Positions 26,346 to 40,329 of a stretch of 64,000 nucleotides of DNA are shown one piece after another. The position numbers were made by a program, and so were the translations under genes. Origin of the DNA: Octopus vulgaris (taxonomy: Eukaryota). The DNA is taken from assembly GCA_951406725.2 (NCBI GenBank), contig OX597814.1:108624001-108688000 (forward strand), in the 5' to 3' direction. Position 1 is the first letter of the stretch. Each line of letters begins with the position of its first letter. The notes under the pieces were generated by a model that had not been told where the DNA came from, did no database searches, and worked only from the letters and a program-made list of their open reading frames with translations.

Positions 26346-26445
26346 TACCTCTCTCTTTATGATTGTCCTAGAAATTTCACACAGCTTTCGCTTTGTTGTC
26401 ACCTTTTATTTAACACACACACGCACATACACACACACACACGTG

Positions 26446-26492
<47 letters not shown>

Positions 26493-26829
26493 TTAAAAAA
26501 ATGAGTAGAGATGGCATTTTTTTGATAATTTTTATTGTTGCTTGTGCTGGTGTTGTTGCTGTTGGTGCTGATATCAATAATGTTGGTGTTGGCATTGGTG
26601 CTGGCACTGCTGCCATTAATGCTGATGTAGGGGACATTATCAGTGGTAGTGGTGATGCTGTTGGTGGTGCTTATAGCCATCATCATCATTGCTATTGTGG
26701 TGGCTGATGTTGTCACCATTGTTATTGTTATCATTGGTGCTGCTGCTATTTCTCTTCAGGTTGCTGTTGTTGCTATTGGTACTGCCATTCGTGCTACTGT
26801 AGTAGTTGTTGGGAAAGCTGCTGCTGCTG

Positions 26830-27202
26830 TTTGTTTGTTTGTTTGTTTGTTGAGCGAAGCAGTCTTCATCCTAGAAGTCCGAAATGTGGTCCTTTGCTAT
26901 TCGTAAGACCCGGAGAAGAGAAAGCAGGTCAACTCCCAACACCGAGAGCATCGATGGATGGATGAATGTGCATCCAGGCTCAGCGGTTGCGTAGGAAGTC
27001 GGGGACAAGAAACAGGAAGAAAGAGTGAGAGAAAGTTGGCGCGAAAGAGGACAACAGGGGTCGCCACCACCCCCTGCCAGAGCCTCGTGGAGCTTTAGGT
27101 GTTTTTGCTCAATAAACACACACAACGCCCGGTCTGGGAATCAAAACTGCGATCCTCCGACCGTGAGTTCGCTGCCCTAACCAGTGGGCCATTGAGCCTC
27201 CT
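26830..27202 (-). mobile_element. Family-3 SINE variant (same head as 17313, different tail)
   Basis: GGAGGCTCAATGGCCCACTGGTTAGGGC...CCAACTTTCTCTCACTCTTTC shared, then unrelated 3' half; (CAAA)n tail. Confidence 0.75.
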
Positions 27203-27204
27203 GC

Positions 27205-27800
27205 TGTTGCTGCTAGGGTCAGCTACCACCTCAGCTTCATAGACAACTCCGTTGGTTTCACAATGGCCTGCCACTGGACATCTGTTGTAGTCCCTGCATG
27301 AGCATCCCCACCTCCGTTCATGGCCTAGAGGTGTTAGCTAGAATGCTCTTAATATTGAGGGCACAGCTAAAAGAGACCCTTAGATTGTGTCTGTTGAAAA
27401 TGCACCTGTACCTGTGTGAATATGTGAAGTGCTTATCTATTAGCCTTAGGCATATCCCACCTACACACGTTTTTACTTTGAGGGAGAAGCGGGTGGTGAC
27501 AAACCAAATGATATTTCTGCAGCACATCCTTCTGTGGGTGTCAGGGCTCAACATGTAGGAGATGCGGTCCCTAAATCTACTAGCAGCTAGTGCCTTGTTA
27601 TAGTAGGGGGCTGCTGCGTAAAATATCTATTGGCTAGAGGAAAGGTTTGTAATCCTCTTGCTGGTACTCTTCACCAGGTTTTTAAACATGATCAGTGGGT
27701 AGCAGGAAGTTGTGTTGAGACGTGTCAGTGTCTGGCGCCTAAGTTGAGCATGGTGTCTAAGAAGTGGTACTGAGGTTGGTCTCAATAGTAATTTCCAGTC
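27205..27800 (-). mobile_element. Penelope-like element fragment (RT thumb to GIY-YIG start)
   Basis: MFKNLVKSTSKRITNLSSSQ*IFYAAAPYYNKAL...RNIIWF...VSFSCALNIKSIL...CSCRDYNRCPVAGHC...VVYEAEV; homologous to 1200-2662. Confidence 0.85.
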
Positions 27801-28974
27801 CCATGGAGCCAAGGGTAGCGTACCTGTTTCTGTCTCCATTCTTGATCTTTCTCTCTCCGGCTGGGTAACCTTGTACTTCCTCAACAGCAAGACACCTGTA
27901 TCTGTCTCACTATAACCTTTTCATCATCATCTCCTCCAATCCCTCCCCCACTCTTAAACATTCTCTTTTTGTCTTGCAAGTAATTGATGACCCTGTCGGT
28001 GCAGGTTCCACTTAAATGCACCCAGGTCACATTGTAAAGTGGTTGGTGTTTGGAAGGGCATCCAGCTCTAAAAAACCATGCCAAAACTGACCTCAACTGT
28101 GTCTGTGCCATGTAAAAAGCACTATTCATTGCGCCTGTGCTTGTGCCACATAAAAAGCACTAAGTTCACTCTGCTGAGTGGTTGGTGTTTGGAAGGGCAT
28201 CCAGCTGTAAAAATCCAGCCAAAACAGTCTCAGAAGTGTGGTGCAGGCTTTGAGCTGACTGGCTCTTGTGGAACCATCCCACTCATGCTAGCATGGAAGA
28301 CGCACATTAAATGATGATGATGATGATGAGGTTATCGTCAATTATTGCTTCGTATAATATCCTCATATTATTTTGACTTTGCTCCAGGGAAATATAATGT
28401 GACTTTCACATACGCATATACAGACATGTACACACACATGTAGGCATACACATTCACACACACATACACACACACATATGCAAACACATAAACATGTACA
28501 CTTACATACACGCACACATACACTCATAAATACAAACACAAACACACACACATACACGAAAGAGACACACATGCACGCGCACGCACACACACACACACAC
28601 AGAAGTTAGCAAGGAATTATATGCAAGATCAAATTCTATGCATTTGTGAATTTAATGGGGAAAAAAATATGATTTATACATGTTTTTAGAAAATGTCGTT
28701 GGGGTTTTGTTGCTGCGTCTCTAAGCATACATATATAATATTTATGAGATTTTGATGAAATGCATGTTTTATATAAAATAGAAAATAAAAAGTCTGTTTG
28801 ATATCAGTTCCTCTCTATTTTCCTTTCTCAATCAATGCAATGGGGAAGCTTCCAGCAACTTCCATCTGTGAATATTTTTTTAAAATATTAGATATTTGTT
28901 GTGTCACAACTAACTTTCTCTTTGGCTCAAAGCAATTTTATTGTTCAAATCTTGCTATAAAAACAGATTTTGCT

Positions 28975-29410
28975 TCTATGATGTCTGATGTAGTGTGATT
29001 TACTACAATATTTGATGTATGATGTCCTATGGTGTCTGATGTTTTGATGTACTGTGATGTCTGATGTCTAATATCTGATGTAGTCTGATGTTTGATGTCT
29101 GATGTTTGGTCTAATGTCTGATGTAGTCTGATGTTTGATGTCTGATGTTTAATGTACTGTGATGTCTGATGTCTAATATCTGATGTAGTCTGATGTTTGA
29201 TGTCTGATGTTTGGTTTAATGTCTGATTTAGTCTGATGTTTGATGTTTGATGTACTGTGATGTCTGATGTATTATTATATTTAATGTCTGATGTCTGGTG
29301 TACTGTAATGTCTGAAGTGTGATGTAGCATAATGTTTGATGTCTAGAGTGGCATGATGTTTGATATCTGATGTACTGTGATGTGACCTACAGTGGCGTCT
29401 GATGTATGAG
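28975..29410. repeat. TGATGT(C/T)-based minisatellite with ~100-bp higher-order period
   Basis: ATGTACTGTGATGTCTGATGT recurs at 29047, 29152 and 29250. Confidence 0.85.
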
Positions 29411-29632
29411 GTACAGCAATGATGTTGTCCTCTAACTTGACTGATCCTGTCCATCTGCCATCCATCCCATGTCACAATGGGGAACAGACATGAAATGGCG
29501 ATGAAGTGGATGAAGTCATTGAAGATAAATAGATGTGAAATGATTGCAACCTTCTTTATTGTATAAAAATCCTGGAAAATAAGCTTGATATCTACAAGCA
29601 GTAATTCCTCATTTTTCAACTCCTCTTCACTT

Positions 29633-29663
<31 letters not shown>

Positions 29664-29817
29664 GTGCGTGCGTGCGAGTGTATATGAGTGGTATTTATAT
29701 GAAATGTGTATGGTAATCATTTTTATAATCCTTCTCTTCCTCCACCTCTTCTTCCTCCTCCTCCTCCTACTCCTCATTCTCACAATCATCATCTCAGAGT
29801 TACGTGGTGGTGGTATA

Positions 29818-29868
<51 letters not shown>

Positions 29869-30294
29869 GTCGTGCTTCTTTCAGTTTCCATCTACCAAAT
29901 CTACTCACAAGACTTTGGTCAGCCTGAGGCTACATTAGAAAAACCTTGCCCAAGATGTCACACAGTGGGACTGAACCTGGAACCATGAGGTTGGGGAGCA
30001 AACTTCTTTCAACAACCATTCCTGCACCAATGTGCACGAGAAAATATATGAAAGGTTGTTGTTGTTGTTGTTGATGATGATGTTGTTAGTGTAGTTTAAC
30101 CCCAAGATCAATTGATCCAGCAAACCTCAAACGAGGAAGTGGGGGAAGGGTCCATGTTTGGATTCTTCAATGGAACTCCTTTTGAGAATGTGACTTTTGA
30201 GTTTAGGGCATTTCATAGCAGAGCCATGAATAGGATGACAGCACCACCAGTTATTGCAGCCAGAACAAACAACAAACAGCTTGACCGACAGACC

Positions 30295-30661
30295 ATCATC
30301 ATCATCACAACAACAACAAGGATAAGAGACAGCAGCTGTAGTAACAATAGCAAAGACCACCACCACCACCACCACCACCACTATCACCATCACCATCACC
30401 ATCACCATCACCACCACCCCCACTACCACCACTAAACCCCACCACAACCAGCACAGTCACCACAACATCGACAATAACAGCAACAACAACACCAACAACT
30501 ACAACAACAACAACAGCAGCAGCAACAACAATACCAACTACACCAACAGCTGCAACAACAGCATTAACAACAACTACAACTACAACAGCAGCAGCAGCTG
30601 CCCTACTACACCCAAGTACAACAACAACAACAACAATTTCATCAGCAACAATTGGTGTCAG

Positions 30662-30699
<38 letters not shown>

Positions 30700-31069
30700 G
30701 TGAGTGTAGTAGTTTCTGGTACAGCTACTGTAGCAGTAGCACCATCACTTGCTGGTACACAACCACCACCACCACCACTACCTACTACCACCACGCTATT
30801 CACTACTACTACAGTAGCAGCAGCAGCGGCAGCAGCAGCAGCAACAGCAATTGGTAAGCAGCCTCAACTGCTACAACAGGTGCACCACCTGCTGCTGCAG
30901 CATGATCGCCACTAACTCCTCCTCCTCCTCCTCCTCCTACTACTACTACTACTACTACTACTACAGATGATGATGTCATTAACTTCACAACCATTATCAT
31001 CACCATCATCATCATCATCATCAGTATCATCATCATCGTCGTCATCATCATCGTCGTCGTCATCATCAA

Positions 31070-31104
<35 letters not shown>

Positions 31105-31469
31105 CTATCATCATCATGATCATGATCATCATCATTATCATCATCATCAACATCATCATCATTATCACCATCATCATCATCGTCGTCATCATAGTGAATT
31201 ATAAAGTAGTGTTAACAGGAATAACACCCACAAAAATAAACATCAAAGGGAACTGCTGTAGCAGCTGTAGTCATAGTGGTAGTGGAAGTGGTGGTGGTGG
31301 TGGCAGCAATAGTATACCACCACCACCACCACCACCATCACCATCACCTACTGCTACTAGATATAATAGAAGCAGCAACAGCAGCAGTAGTGGTAGTGAT
31401 TGTAGTAGTATATCACCAACACCACTACCACTACCATTACTACTACTTCTAATACTGCTGCTGCTGCTG

Positions 31470-31509
<40 letters not shown>

Positions 31510-31860
31510 AGTTACTGCTACTTACTACTATTTGTACTGTTGTTCATTACATTTAACCACCACCACCACCACCGCCCATCAGCCACCACCACCGTCCATC
31601 CCCCACCACCACCACTGACATCAACATGACTGGGGGTGGATGCTGTACCTAAGACTTTAATGTTTGTGGGGGGTCTTTTTTTATATAATAAGTGTTACTA
31701 CATCACCATCAACACAAAGAATTACTCTCAACAAAAACAGCAACAACTAGAATGATGGTGGTGGTGGTGGTGGTGATGGTTGTGGTGGTGGTGGTGGTGG
31801 TGGTGGTGGCGATGACTGCAGTGATGATGGAAGTGGTTTTTGGTGATGGTGGAGGACTGC
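30295..31860. repeat. Mosaic trinucleotide field (CAC, CAA, GAT, CAT, CTA, GGT)
   Basis: Direct inspection; similar fields at 26530-26830 and 41790-42150. Confidence 0.9.
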
Positions 31861-32073
31861 TCTAGTTTAAGGAAGATAACTGCAACAAGACCAAGATAAC
31901 CAAGGAACAGAAGATAGACGACCACACACCACCGGGCTGGGCTGGGGACAATAAATAAATAAATAAAAGACAGCTTTGGTAACTGGAATAACTTTATTTG
32001 AAATATAATGGCAGGAGAAAGTGTTATTGTTGATATTGTAACCATGAGCAACACAAGTTCTATATATCAGTAA

Positions 32074-32112
<39 letters not shown>

Positions 32113-32962
32113 ACATACAGATATACATGCACATAACTATGTGTGTGTTATGCGTGTGTGTATACACTTATGGAGAGTGAGATGTGATAGTAGTGTGCAA
32201 GTGTGTATGTGAAAAGGTGTGTAGATTTGAATGTATAGAGATAAAAGGTTTGTGTGTATATTTTCTTTTATACACATACACACACACCACACACACTTGT
32301 GTGCACATATATACGCACATTCACACACACACACACATGTACACACATATGCACACATTCACACAAACATACACACGCACTCACGCACACACAGTTTCAC
32401 TGGTGTGCACTCAATCATATTCACCAATATGCACACACACTCATACGCACATATACACACATCTTCACTAGCACACACATACGCACACACACATACGCAC
32501 ACACACACACATACGCACACACACACACACACATACGTACATACACACATCTTCACTAGCACACACACATGTGAGCACATGCACATACACATGTGAGCGC
32601 ATGCACATACACATGTCTTCACTAGCACATGCACACACACACATCTTCACTAGCACACGCACATACACACATCTTCATTAGCACACACACACATACACAC
32701 ACGTACACATAGACACACACACACATATTCACTAGCACATGCACGCGCACACACACACACTTACACATAGACACACATATATACCATGAATGACTACAAA
32801 ACCAATAACAACAACTACAACAACAATATTAACGCCAATAACAGCAATTACAAGACTAAAGGATTCAATTATTTCCTGAGGTCAGTCTTATTGATTTTTA
32901 TAAGTTTGTGATAAAGCTAACAGAAAAATATATCTCTGCCTTTCCCAAAGAATTCATTTTCC

Positions 32963-33026
<64 letters not shown>

Positions 33027-33415
33027 GGCTAAAGATCTTCAGGTTGGCTGCAGACTAAATGCATATTGGATTTAACTTGTTTCAGTAGACTTGGAAGAAA
33101 TTATTTTACCAATAGTTTAGTAGACTTTGAGGAAACTAAGTCATTTACAGAGCGAAAATGGGTGAGGAACTGAAGACCAGGGTGTTTATAAGTTTGGATA
33201 AATATACTTCATTGTGTGTGTAAAAATACATACATACATACATACATACATACAGGTGCAGGAGTGGCTGTGTAGTAAAAAGCTGGCTTCCCAACCACAT
33301 GGTTCTGGGTTCAGTCCCATTGCGTGGCACCTTGGGCAGGTGTCTCCTACTGTAACCTTGGGCAGACCAAAGCCTTTTGAGTAGATTTGGTAGAGAGAAA
33401 CTGAAAGAAGCCAGT

Positions 33416-33447
<32 letters not shown>

Positions 33448-35789
33448 ATCATCATCATTGTTTAACACCTGTTTTCCCTGCTGGTATGAGTTGGACGGTT
33501 CGACTGGAGTTTGGGAAGCCAGGAGGCTGCACCAGGCTCCAGTCTGATCTATCAGTGTTTCTACAGCTGGATGTCCTTCCTAACGCTAACCATTCTGAGA
33601 GTGTAGTGGGTACTTTTTACGTGCCACTAGCACAGGAGCCAGTCAGGGTGAGGGGGCTGGTATCGACCACATTTGGATGGTGCATTTTACGTGCTACTGG
33701 CACAGAGAGTCAGACAGGTGGTGCTGGCATCAGCCACAACTACAATTTCCATTGATTGTGGTTTGATTTGATTTTGAAATATATATATATATACACTCAC
33801 ACACATATATGTATGTATGTATTTGTGTGTCTGTGCTTTTGTTCCCCACCATCGCTTGACAACCGATGTTGGTGTGTTTACATACCCTCAACTTAGCAGT
33901 TTGGCAAAAGCGACTGATAAAATAAGTACTTGGCTTACAAAGAATAAGTCTTGCGGTTGAGTTGTTTAACTAAAGGCGGTGCTCCAGCATGGCCGAAGTC
34001 AAATGACTGAAACAAGTAAAATAAAAAATTTTTTAATACAAATATATATATACAAATGGCGGTGCCCCACCATGGCCACAGCTCATAAGCTGAAACTAGA
34101 ATCAATCAATCAATCAATCATACATATATACATCTATACATTTATGCATACACACATATATATATATACATACATGTGTGTGTGTGTGTGTCTCCTATCT
34201 TTTGCTTGTTTCATTCATTACACTGCAGCCATGCAGGAGCACTGCCTTGAAGAAGTTTTCTTCAAATGAATTGAGCCCAGGACTTTTTTTCTTTTTTCAG
34301 CCTGGTACTCATTCTATCAGTCTCTTTTGCTGAGCTGCTAAGTTACAAGGATGTAAACACACCATTGGTTGTCAAGCAGTGGTGGGAGACAAACACACAC
34401 GCACACACACAGTTGTCAACTGTGGAACACAACTGTCACTACATAAACCTGATGAATGTGTGATGCATGAATATTTCAATATTGTAAAATTATAAAAATT
34501 GTAAAAATTGCAAATAATAAAACATGAAAACCTAACTAAGTGAGAAATTTCATTGATTAATATATATAATGAGCAATGACTCTGAAACTAGTCTCTGGAT
34601 GCTGGTTTTGCTGGGTGGAAAGTGCTTATCTCCCCTTTGAAAACATAAGGACATAGAAAACGTGTCATGGCCAACTGGAAATGGTATTTCCGAGGGCTAA
34701 ATAGCAGTAGCATTCTTCCCTTTCATGGGACTGTCACATTAAGTTGGTAACATACCATCACTTTATGAATATATTCTTTTATTTCTTTCCTTTGTTTTAG
34801 TACCACCTTTAGTTGACTTATTCTTTGTAAGCCTAGTACTTATTCTATCAGTCTCTTTTGCCGAACCGCTAAGTTATGGGGAATGTAAACACACCAACAT
34901 CAGTTGTCAAGTGATGGTGAGGGGATCAAACACAGACACAGAACGTAAAGACTGACGAAATACTACTCTGTATTTCACCCAGTGTGCTAACATTTCTGCC
35001 AGTTTGCTGCCTTAGACGTTATGTTTACTGGATGGGCAAGGAAGGAAATGTAAGAGAACAGTCTGGAAATACAAACAGTGAACTGATTGTAGGAGAAGAA
35101 GCTTTGGTAAAAGTGTCAGCACTTTATAGATTTATCAATAACAAGATGTTTTTCGTGTAAGAATATAAGCTATCTTGATTTGTGTCCATCCCTTGGTGAT
35201 TGATGAAGCCCCTAACTTCACCTACACACATACTTTAATGGAGGAACTGAAGAATTCAGTACCCTGATGTCATGGACCCTCCACCTACACCACCCCTTTT
35301 GCATGACCTTACAAGACAAGAAACTAAGGAAGTGGAGAGGAGTTGCGCAGCTTCAGGCAGAATCTCATTTTAAATACTTTGATCTGAATCGTGTAGCAAG
35401 ACACGAGAAGAGTTGGAGACGAGATTTGCTATAAAAGAAACTATTGTTTTTAGTCAATGACTGTCACTTCCCAGACATCAAAAGCAATCACATTATGACA
35501 TGATGTCTGAAAGAGGAAGCAACTCAGTATATTTAATAAGCTGCTATAGGCGGTGTAATTGAAAAGTATCAAGACTGTTGCTATGGTTATGGAGCTTAAG
35601 TATGTAGAGTGAAGCCACTTGGCACAGAACTTTTGAACTCTGAAATCTAATCTCTTGAACTCTGTTGCACAAGTATGCCAAGTTATAGCATTCTCACTCA
35701 CTTCTGATGATCATAGCAGTGCTTGGAAGTAAAGTGCATAGAATGAGGTCATCTTAAAATAAAAAAAGATTGAGTTTCAGTTATATGGG

Positions 35790-36192
35790 ATCTCCTTGAT
35801 AGGGTCAAGTGACAAATCATGAGTCTATAGCCATGACCCTGAAACAAAGGCCCAGTCCTTGCAGTGGGAGACCACAACAAGATTTCAAAACATTGAGGAA
35901 AGCCAACATAACATGATGAGGCAGCTTCTTGCTATCCCCAAAAAGGAGTTTCAAGAAAACTTCCATCAATGAAAACAACGCTGGATTAAGTGCGTAGCTT
36001 CTGAAGGAGATTAAATGCTGAATTGATGATCTGTGTTATACTTTTCTTTTTATAGCACCAGTCCCAACACTTTTTGATCAGACCTCTTATATACAACACT
36101 GGATTAAGTGTGTGGCTTCCGAAGAGGACTACTTTGAAGGAGATTAAATGTTGAATTGATGATCTGTGTTGTAGTTTCCTTTTTATGGGACC
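35790..36192 (+). mobile_element. Mariner relic, internally deleted, with a duplicated C-terminal segment
   Basis: DKS*VYSHDPETKAQSLQW and RFQNIEE...QRWIKCVASE(EDYFE)GD*; TIR-like TTTTTGATCAGACCTCTTATA at ~36070-36091; about 95 bp repeated at 36094-36192. Confidence 0.75.
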
Positions 36193-36458
36193 AATTGGAC
36201 TTTGACAATGTCATATGACAAGCATGACAAGATACTTTTTATGATAGTTTGCCTTGTGCCATTTCAAAAGTCTCTAATAATGAATGACAAAATGACTTTA
36301 ATGTCATGATAGGTTTTGATTCTGATGCAGAAATGGGAAGCACAGTGTAAGGCAAAATGAAATAGCAATGGACAACACACGTCTTTTTGTAAAGAATTTG
36401 AGATCTCTATTGGAAACACACAGCATGGATTGAATGGTTTGACAGGAGCTGGCAAGTC

Positions 36459-36960
36459 TTGTATCACCAACAGACATGACAGGAAATGAACCACAGATCT
36501 GTTGCCCCATAAATTCTTCCCAAACATTTCTTAGAATGCCTTAAGGCCATTCCTATCTGCAGAATGATGGAATTACAGTTCCTTTCTATTGTGTCATATT
36601 TCCTTCACACTACTTAAAAACTTCTTGGTTGATCTTATTGGAAACACTACTGTACCAGGCTCCATTTTGTCTGTTTTGGCAAGGTTTCTACAGCTGGATG
36701 TCTTTCTGAACACCAACAACTTTACAGAGTAGACTGGGTGCTTTTTATGTGACACCAAAAAGAAAATTTGTTTTGAGTTGAAAAGATCAACCAAGAAGTT
36801 TTTAAGTAGTGGCAAGGAAATATGATACAATAGAAAGGAACTGTAATTCCATCATTCTGCAGATAGGAATGGCTTTAAGGCATTCTAAGAAATGTTTGGA
36901 AAGGATTTATGGGGCAACAGACCTGTGGTTCATCTCTTGTCATGTCTGTTGGTGATGCAA
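36459..36960. repeat. Inverted repeat, ~178-bp arms
   Basis: 36459-36636 versus 36783-36960, roughly 90% identical by eye. Confidence 0.9.
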
Positions 36961-37113
36961 AACTACTGAAAAGAAAAGGAAAATGAGATTCTACAAAGAT
37001 GGAAGGAGCACTTTAAGACTGTCTTGTAGACTGATTCATCAATTAATGATATTTTTTCATCAGTTCCACAAAAGCCAAAAATTGTACAACTTGGATGGAG
37101 AGAGAGGGGGAGG

Positions 37114-37191
<78 letters not shown>

Positions 37192-37337
37192 ATTAATCCT
37201 TGACCTCTACAGGTTAATCTTACCTACGAAACACTTATCAGGAACTACTAAAGCTGACCTTAAAATCTTTATTGCATCTTCTCACCAGTTATTTTCTCGT
37301 TCAATATTGAGAAATTATCTGCAAACACATAGAGTAA

Positions 37338-37723
37338 TCTCTCTCTATATATAAACGGCAGTTTGTCTGTGCGTGTTTCTGTGTGTCTGTTTGCTTGTAC
37401 CCTCACCCTGACCACGGCTTTCAACCGATTCTGATGAAACTTGATACACACATAGCCCAATGTCATAATTCAAAACTAACGCAGCGAAAATTTTGAAAAG
37501 TTCCCCCAGTTCTGAAAAAAATCGATAAATTCGACATGGGGTCGACAATGAGAAACACAAACCACAAACTGTCTAGGGGACGCAACTCCACCTTTTTTAA
37601 ATCTCAAAAAAAATTTACCATCATTTTTTTCCATTTTTTTGCTATTTTTTGGCTATAACTCTCTAAAAATGCTTTATAGTTATTTCCCTTACAAACCTGA
37701 GCAACGCCGGGTGATACTGCTAG
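37338..37723 (+). mobile_element. Non-autonomous Helitron
   Basis: 5' A|TC start, 3' GC-rich hairpin ACCTGAGCAACGCCGGGT followed by CTAG|T, no TSD. Confidence 0.8.
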
Positions 37724-38784
37724 TTCTTGCTAAAAATCAATCAGACAAACTAATAGATTTCTCATTAATATTTTCAGCAATGTTGCTACTTTTACATCTG
37801 ACACCACTGAAATCATAAAACAGCATGTTTCCAATAACCTACATCCTGAGAATTCCTTTAAAATATTATCTTTTGTAGGAGTTCAATAATTAATTAAGCA
37901 GTCATTCCTTGCAGGAAGAACAAAAATATTGGTTTCAAACTTTGGTACAAAGCCAGTAATTTTAGGGGAGGGGTTGAACTGATAACATCGACCCCAGTGT
38001 TCAACAGATACTTATTTTATCAGCCCCGAAAGGATGAAAGGCAAAGTTGACCCCGGCAGAATTTTAACTCAGAACATAAAGATGGAGAAAATGCTTCTAA
38101 CCATTTTCCCCAGCATCCTAATGATTCTGCCAGCTTGCTGCTTTAAGTAAGATCCTTACAGCGCCTAAGTCACCCATCTAAGTATTAAGAACAAAAATAT
38201 TAAGATCTCTATAGTTGTCACCTACTCTTACCTGCTGCCCCCACTTATCATCCATCAATATTTGTTCTTCATATTCCCCACCTCTCACTCCCCCATATAC
38301 TCTTGTAACCTCCAGCCATACTTCCTGTTCTTCTGTCCCCACTCACTTCAACTTACCCCATACCTTGAGGGTCTGCCCAAGCACTTCATCCCCACTAGTT
38401 TTAACTCTTCCTAGCTCCACCTGATTTCATCCCACCCTCACTTCTAACATGTGAGTGGTCATGTAGCTTTTCTACAGCAAGACACTTGTCCTTCAGTGAC
38501 CCCTTCTCTCATACTTTAATCCACATACCCCTGCAGAAAGCCACCTCTCTCAGGGGTTGTCATTTTGCAAGCTGTATGGTAACCTCTCTAGTGCTGGTGC
38601 TATGAAACAAAAAAGCACCTGGTACACACTGTCAAGTGGTTGCCTTTAGAAAGAGCATCTAACCATAGAAACTAGCCCCAAACAGACAACTGAGACCATC
38701 AGATCCCCGGCCCATCAGATCCTGGGACCATCAGATGCTGCCAAACCATTCAACACATGCCAGCATGGAAAACAGATGCTACCT

Positions 38785-38788
38785 GATT

Positions 38789-38822
<34 letters not shown>

Positions 38823-39185
38823 CGACGATGATGATGATGGTGATGATGACGATGATGATGATGATGACGACGATGATGATGATGACGACGACGACAATGA
38901 TGATGATGATGATGACGACGATGATGATGATGACGACGACGACGATGATGACGATGATGATGATGATGATGATGAAGATGAGGATGATGATGATGATGAA
39001 GATGAGGATGAGGAAGATAATGAGGATGATGATGATGATGATGATGATGACGACGATGATGATGATGATGACGATGATAATGACGATGACGATGGTGAGG
39101 ATGATGATGATGATGACGACGATGATGATGATGACAATGGCGATGATGATGACAATGATGTTGGAAAGGAGGAAGAGGAGGAGAA
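38785..39185. repeat. Long degenerate (GAT/GAC)n, continuing an RTE-type 3' tail at ~38560-38785
   Basis: Direct inspection; a similar field lies at 61403-61910. Confidence 0.85.
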
Positions 39186-39687
39186 GGGTAATGCTACTAC
39201 TGCTGCTACTGATGTTAAAAGTGTAACAGTGGAGCATTTGAACAGTTCTGTATTGTTCGATATTGTAAATAAATCATTAAAGACACAGAAAATGCTTTTG
39301 TGTTCGCTCAGCCGTTGCTCTGTGTTCTGTATCCTCACCAAATATCGATACAGGAAGTCACTGACCTCTTCATTCAATTTCAAATAACTTTCTTATATTC
39401 TACACTCAGGAACCACCAGTCAAAACAACTGTTCAACTACGAAAGACAAGTTCACTTTCACTTCATCCTTCGTATTTTATCACAGATTGGTAAATAATAG
39501 AATCGTTGGTTACAAATTCCTAAACAGTCCAGCTAATCACTGGTTTACTGTATTTCTGTTGGCAACAGCAGTGACAAGGGAGTATCTGTAACTTGGTGCA
39601 GAACAAATATCACAAAGGACTTCATATAAAAAGTGCTATTTTGTCATATACCTTCAATGTTTACAGCATTCACCAATATATATATAT

Positions 39688-40043
39688 AAAATATTCTATA
39701 ATTATATACATAATTATAATCAGGGGTCAGCTAAGTGCCTCACCATGTACTGAATTAGAAATAGATGCTAATGTCTTTTCAACTACTATAAAAATCTCCA
39801 AGACAATAACACACTTTTTCATGTAGGCAAAAAAGAAAAATGATGAATCCACACAACTTCGGTTAACCACAGACACGTTTTGAATTTAAAGTAATCTTTT
39901 TACTTACATAAAAAAAAAGTGTTATTGTCTTGGAGATTTTTATAGTTGTTGAAAAGACATTAGCATCTATTTCTAATTCAGTACATGGTGAGGCCATTAG
40001 CTGATCCCTGATTATAATTATGTATATAATTACAGAATATTTT
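39688..40043. repeat. Inverted repeat, ~148-bp arms with ~58-bp spacer (MITE/foldback-like)
   Basis: 39688-39836 versus 39895-40043. Confidence 0.85.
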
Positions 40044-40135
40044 CTATAATTCACCTAAAAAGGGTTTTTTTAACGTACTGACTACTTGGTAAAATTATTA
40101 ATTAATTTTACCCTATATTATTATATATATATATA

Positions 40136-40168
<33 letters not shown>

Positions 40169-40329
40169 CATACAAGTGAGGGTTGGTGATAGGAAGGGCA
40201 TCCATTTGTAGAAAATCTACCTCTACAAATTCCATCTGACCCATGCAAGCATGGAAGAAAAGTGGACATTAAATGATAAGGATAAGGATGATGATACACA
40301 CACACACATCATCATCATCATCATCAGTA

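Noticed and set aside
26870-26900. GTCC-GAAA-TGTGG-TC, resembling an HHR 3' half
   Set aside because: No upstream YTGANRA core.
30140-30295. Minus-strand hydrophobic C-terminus-like frame (SCLLFVLAAITGGAVILFMALL*)
   Set aside because: An in-frame stop lies just upstream, there is no splice acceptor, and it is embedded in low-complexity repeat.
34445-34490. CTGATGA-hairpin-GAAT
   Set aside because: GAAA is broken and there is no stem I or stem III.
38735-39387. Poly-Asp, poly-Met and poly-Ser ORFs (also 61318-62028 and 30652-31556)
   Set aside because: These are trinucleotide repeats open in several frames on both strands. The (GAT)n continues an RTE tail and there is no exon evidence.
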